NCBI GenBank assembly: GCA_031411255.1
Contig: JANOAS010000367.1
Location: forward strand, 10,683-74,682
Direction: 5' to 3'
Length of the DNA stretch: 64,000 bases
From: a bacterium
Lineage (GTDB): Bacteria; Verrucomicrobiota; Verrucomicrobiia; Verrucomicrobiales; V1-33
The position numbers and the translations under genes are program-made. Shown here one piece after another: positions 61,401 to 64,000 of the stretch. The first letter of the stretch is position 1, and every line of letters starts with the position of its first letter. The notes under the pieces were generated by a model. It had not been told where the DNA came from. It ran no database searches and was given only the letters and a program-made list of their open reading frames with translations.

Positions 61401-64000
61401 TCGTCCTGACGCGCATCGCCGCACTAGGGCAAGTGCCGGATGCCTATGCGTGGTCGGTTTTTTCCGGCCTGCCGGGGGGCTCAGGAAACATCGACGGCAC
61501 CGGCGGGGCGGCTCGGTTTGGTGCGCCTCAGGGCGTAGCGGTGGACAGTGCGGGCAATGCCTACGTGGCGGACTATTTCGGATACACCATCCGCAAGATA
61601 ACTTCGGCGGGCGTTGTGACGACCCTGGCGGGATCGCCAGGGCAGCAGGGAACCACCAACGGCACGGGCAGCGCTGCGCGGTTTCACCATCCACAGGACA
61701 TCGCGGTGGATAGCGCAGGGAATCTTTATGTGGTGGATGTGAACCACGCCATCCGCAAAGTGACGCCTGCGGGCGTGGTGACAACGCTCGCTGGATTGGG
61801 CGGCACCTCCGGCAGTGCGGACGGGACAGGGAGCGCAGCCAGATTTTACGCCATTCGTGGGATTGGTATCGATACCGCCGGGAATCTCTACGTGGCTGAC
61901 ACCGGCAACTGCACGATCCGCAAAGTAACTCCTGCCGGAGTGGTTACCACAGTCGCGGGTCTTGCTGGCAGCAGCGGCAGCACCGAGGGCACCGGCAGCG
62001 CGGCCCGTTTTTACAATCCCGAAGACGTTACGGCGGACGCCAGCGGCAATCTCTATGTGGCTGACGCCGGAAACGACAAGATCAGGAAAATTACCGCCGG
62101 GGGCGTCGTGACGACTTTGGCGGGAGGCCGGGGATCGGCCGATGGGACGGGCACCGCAGGCAAGTTCTACAGCCCCTCCCGCATCGCAGCAGACAGCAGC
62201 GGAAATCTGTATGTGGCGGACACCTATAACTATACGATCAGGAAGGTAACTGCCGCCGGCGTCGTGACGACGCTGGCCGGCACGGCGGGCCTTCGGGGCA
62301 GCGTGGATGCCACTGGCAGCGCCGCGCGGTTCAGCGGGGTTTACGGGGTAGCGGTCTCGGGCAGCACTGTTTATGTGAGCGATACAAACAACCACGCGGT
62401 GCGCCGGATCACAACGGCCGGTGTGGTGACCACTCTGGCCGGCGTGACCGGCAGCTATGGCACGGCCGATGGGGCGGTCGCGGCCGGCCGGTTCAGCAGT
62501 CCGTCCGACCTTGCGCGCACGCCCTCGGGCGATTTCCTAACGGTGGACTACGACAGCCATACCCTGCGCCGCATCAGCCCCGGCGGCGCGGTGACGACGG
62601 TGGCAGGATTGGCCGGCACGCCAGGCAACGCCAACGGCACCGGCAGTGTCGCCCGGTTTAATATACCATTGGGCGTAGCAGTGGACGTGAACGGCGATTA
62701 CATCGTCGCGGACACCGGAAATCACACCATCCGCAGAGTCACCCCTTCGGGGGTAGTGACGCTTTTGGCCGGCGTTTCCGGTTCCGGCGGGCATGTCGAT
62801 GGCCCAGCGGCCACGGCGAAGTTTTCCAACCCTGAAGGGGTCGCGGTGGATTCCGCCGGGATCATTTACGTCACCAGCGGCAACCGCATCCGTCGCATTG
62901 CCCTCGATGGTACCGTCAGCACCTTTGCCGGTCAGGAATCAGCGGGATCCACCAACGCCACGGGAACCGGTGCCAGTTTCAACAGTCCCAATGATATTGC
63001 TGTCGAAGCCAATGGAAATCTCCTCGTGGCTGATACCAACAATAGGGCGATCCGGCGCATCACGCCCGCCGGGGTGGTGACCACGCTCAGCATCAGTAAC
63101 CCCCCAGCAAACATTATTGACCCTGATGGCGTCGCTTCGGGAACGGAGGGGACGGTTTTCATTGCGGACGGCCGGACGGTGCAACGGATCCTGGCGGATG
63201 GCACACTCACGATCATGGGCGGCGATGAGGCATTCTCCGGCAGCCTGCCCGGCACGGGAGCGGCAGCACGGTTCAGCGTGGCGGATGGCATCCACATGAC
63301 CTCAGCCGGCCTGCTGTATGTAACGGACCGGGGCGCGAACTGCGTCATGAAAGGGGTGCCTGCGGGGTTTCCACCAATTGTCACCACCAGCCCTCCCTTC
63401 TCCGGTGCGTCTTCGGCCACTTTGAGAGGCACGGTGGATGCGAATGGATTTTCCTCCACTGCTTGGTTTGAATACGGCCCCACGGAGGCTCTTGGTTTCA
63501 CCGCCAGCGTGCCCGTGGCTCCCGCCAACCGCTTGTCGCCCGCCGGGGTAAGCTACCAGATCACTGGCCTGACGCCCGGCAGCACCTGGCACTACCGGCT
63601 CAGTGCCTCCAACCGCGACGGCACCGTCAACTCAGCCACCGCCAGCTTCACCGTGGCCGGTCCGCTGGATGCTCATTTCAGCGCCCCTGGCACGGTGCTG
63701 TTCACATTGGGCGGATTTACCGCTACGGGTTCTTCGCTCAACAGTCTGTCCCTCGGCTTCACTCCCTCCGCCGGAACCGTCCTGACCCTTGTGAACAACA
63801 CGGGCCCCGGTGCCATCACCGGCACTTTCATCAATCATCCCGAAGGCAGTGGCATCACATCGCAATATGCTGGCAATACGTTCACCTTTCGCGTCAGTTA
63901 CATGGGCGGGGACGGGAATGATCTCACGCTCACCCGCGTCAATTCCGGTTCGCAAATCCCGGCACTGCAGTGGAGCACGCTGGCCGGTCAGCCCGGCGCA
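58475..64000 (+). CDS. giant secreted FG-GAP-like / Fn3-like / NHL-like repeat protein, 3' end outside window (>1842 aa); absent from the supplied ORF track
   Basis: I translated the frame by hand from ATG 58475 (TAA at 58457-58459 upstream) to nt 64000 and found no stop codon. The N-terminus MTRFICFHVLILGCWLFGWVPCRGES is signal-like. About 13 units of NP.P...D.FG.(S/A)(V/L)A(V/I)SG..(L/V)(A/V)VG...DDTGA.NAG.VYV(Y/F)DL follow. Next come an Fn3-like domain (VFEYGLTTAYGS...LTPGAVYHYRL) and TLVNNTAGTPVAGTF...YQGGDGNDIVLTRI. About 11 units of GTGSAARF..P.G(V/I)AVDSAGNLYVAD..N..IRK(V/I)T.AGVVTTLAG then follow. Confidence 0.9.
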   Translation, partial: MTRFICFHVLILGCWLFGWVPCRGESAASLLDLLKDPGEKTLTGTQQGQSVAWANGLAVVGAPVDFSGGISAGAVKIYDAATGSLQRTLFNPSPAALDNFGMAVAAAGSCVAVGVPNDDTGATNAGLVYVYDLEGSNPGVPVAVLANPSPAVDDFFGSVVAMEGTLLITAAYNDDTGATNAGAVYVYDLAGVSPEVPVRVLANPSPATSDFFGRALDISGNLVAVGVLNDDTGASNAGLVYVFDLAAADPAVPTVTVPHPAPAGNDSFGSAVAISGNRLAAGVPAHDTGASNAGRVYLFDLLGSTASVRTVLDNPAPESSDQFGSVLAMDGPLVVVGVPQDDSGASNAGSIYVFDANRAMPALPAAVIPHPEAGSSHQFGFSAALSGVRVLVGAPIPGSAFVYEVSGAVPVRGPDLRHASLAGDNRYGTAVAVSGSRVAIGAPNDDTAGTDAGQVYVYDRNSATPGVPLLRLTRPGALNTDRFGSALALEGDILVVGAYIQEFGTSSVGRAFVYDLAAANPSEPVRVLYNPEPGAQDNFARSLAISGSRVLVGAPYRGPGDTGTIYVFDLNSTQPGRPVETIHNPAPATNDYFGWVVAMGGRYAAAGEGSAGSVYVFDLDGAIPSRPLVVLQNPVSGPANSFGASLAVAGSLLVVGASGDDTGATNAGRVHVYDLAAAVPGVPFMTLPPPIPVANDAFGSAVAVSGSRVAVAAQRNDTGATDAGRVFIYDLATPAPTAPLWTLDNPAPGTSDEMGTALALDGTRLVAGMPRDDAEAPDWGAAALFDLPRGRPSVSTGTVSGVTSVQAVLSGTVHPHGLGTTAVFEYGLTTAYGSSTAVSLTPPDGNAAQPVSATLNGLTPGAVYHYRLMAQNAAGSSLGLDRIFTPASVYPAHWASAAGVPVSASGFTATGRRLSALTFGFFPAPGTALTLVNNTAGTPVAGTFVDLPEGGTATAVHSGETLHFLTTYQGGDGNDIVLTRIAALGQVPDAYAWSVFSGLPGGSGNIDGTGGAARFGAPQGVAVDSAGNAYVADYFGYTIRKITSAGVVTTLAGSPGQQGTTNGTGSAARFHHPQDIAVDSAGNLYVVDVNHAIRKVTPAGVVTTLAGLGGTSGSADGTGSAARFYAIRGIGIDTAGNLYVADTGNCTIRKVTPAGVVTTVAGLAGSSGSTEGTGSAARFYNPEDVTADASGNLYVADAGNDKIRKITAGGVVTTLAGGRGSADGTGTAGKFYSPSRIAADSSGNLYVADTYNYTIRKVTAAGVVTTLAGTAGLRGSVDATGSAARFSGVYGVAVSGSTVYVSDTNNHAVRRITTAGVVTTLAGVTGSYGTADGAVAAGRFSSPSDLARTPSGDFLTVDYDSHTLRRISPGGAVTTVAGLAGTPGNANGTGSVARFNIPLGVAVDVNGDYIVADTGNHTIRRVTPSGVVTLLAGVSGSGGHVDGPAATAKFSNPEGVAVDSAGIIYVTSGNRIRRIALDGTVSTFAGQESAGSTNATGTGASFNSPNDIAVEANGNLLVADTNNRAIRRITPAGVVTTLSISNPPANIIDPDGVASGTEGTVFIADGRTVQRILADGTLTIMGGDEAFSGSLPGTGAAARFSVADGIHMTSAGLLYVTDRGANCVMKGVPAGFPPIVTTSPPFSGASSATLRGTVDANGFSSTAWFEYGPTEALGFTASVPVAPANRLSPAGVSYQITGLTPGSTWHYRLSASNRDGTVNSATASFTVAGPLDAHFSAPGTVLFTLGGFTATGSSLNSLSLGFTPSAGTVLTLVNNTGPGAITGTFINHPEGSGITSQYAGNTFTFRVSYMGGDGNDLTLTRVNSGSQIPALQWSTLAGQPGA
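61440..63350 (+). repeat. array of ~11 NHL-like repeats (~55 aa) inside the 58475+ gene
   Basis: A period of about 165 nt is visible in the hand translation. The consensus is G.(A/T)DGTGSAARF..P.G(V/I)AVD..GN(L)YVAD..N..IR(K/R)(V/I)T..GVVTT(L/V)AG. Confidence 0.8.

Noticed and set aside
58508-63528. Minus-strand ORFs 58508-59332, 61481-62395 and 62932-63528, and short plus-strand ORFs in other frames
   Set aside because: They are shadows of the unlisted 58475+ gene. Their products are Arg/His/Pro/Gly-rich and lack the clear ~55-aa periodic repeats seen in the true frame.

Overview
All calls come from reading the sequence and ORF track by eye. Family names rest on recalled motifs, not searches, and domain boundaries are approximate.

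This is a GC-rich chromosomal window of roughly two-thirds G+C. Its gene content fits the PVC superphylum and most resembles Verrucomicrobiota. The pointers are DUF1080 proteins, a PVC-type heme-binding dehydrogenase, PQQ-like propellers, ECF-like sigma factors with a TRWSLV motif, and giant secreted repeat proteins. I call about 40 protein genes. No rRNA, tRNA, CRISPR array or intact mobile element is visible.

**Layout**
- 1-7.8 kb: an envelope and redox cluster (MMPL transporter, DUF1080, PQQ-like propeller, TlpA thioredoxin, dehydrogenase/cytochrome c).
- 7.8-12.6 kb: a sigma factor followed by two tandem paralogous transmembrane Ser/Thr kinases. Their ectodomains are Pmp-like beta-helix repeats.
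- 12.8-15.6 kb: a divergent operon for a Sec-exported tail-fibre-like protein with an S74 chaperone domain, plus a small secreted protein.
- 16.3-24.7 kb: a 2815-aa multidomain surface protein, flanked by dispersed repeats and a G-rich tandem repeat.
- 25.4-29.8 kb: a DUF5069 / ECF sigma / 1004-aa LamG protein operon, headed by an octamer tandem array.
- 33.0-33.4 kb: an AT-rich island and an orphan strong terminator, which together suggest an sRNA.
- 33.6-45.3 kb: a glycan-assembly locus (glycosyltransferases, flippase, polymerase, FkbM methyltransferase).
- 45.6-47.4 kb: a DUF116-polyprenyl synthase fusion.
- 47.4-52.6 kb: housekeeping-type enzymes.
- 52.6-54.1 kb: a decayed patch with a transposase fragment.
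- 54.1-64.0 kb: two giant FG-GAP-type proteins.

**Two points the ORF track hides**
- The first FG-GAP gene is interrupted by a +1 frameshift at a C6 run (58025-58030).
- The second FG-GAP gene (58475 to beyond 64000, more than 1842 aa) is missing from the track because it has no stop in the window. I translated it by hand and found no stop codon.

**Most system-like candidate (inference only):** the sigma / two-kinase module with Pmp-like sensor domains, sitting next to the cellular fibre operon and an island of adhesin-like proteins that share a C-terminal module.

Most long ORFs antisense to these genes are GC-driven shadow ORFs.
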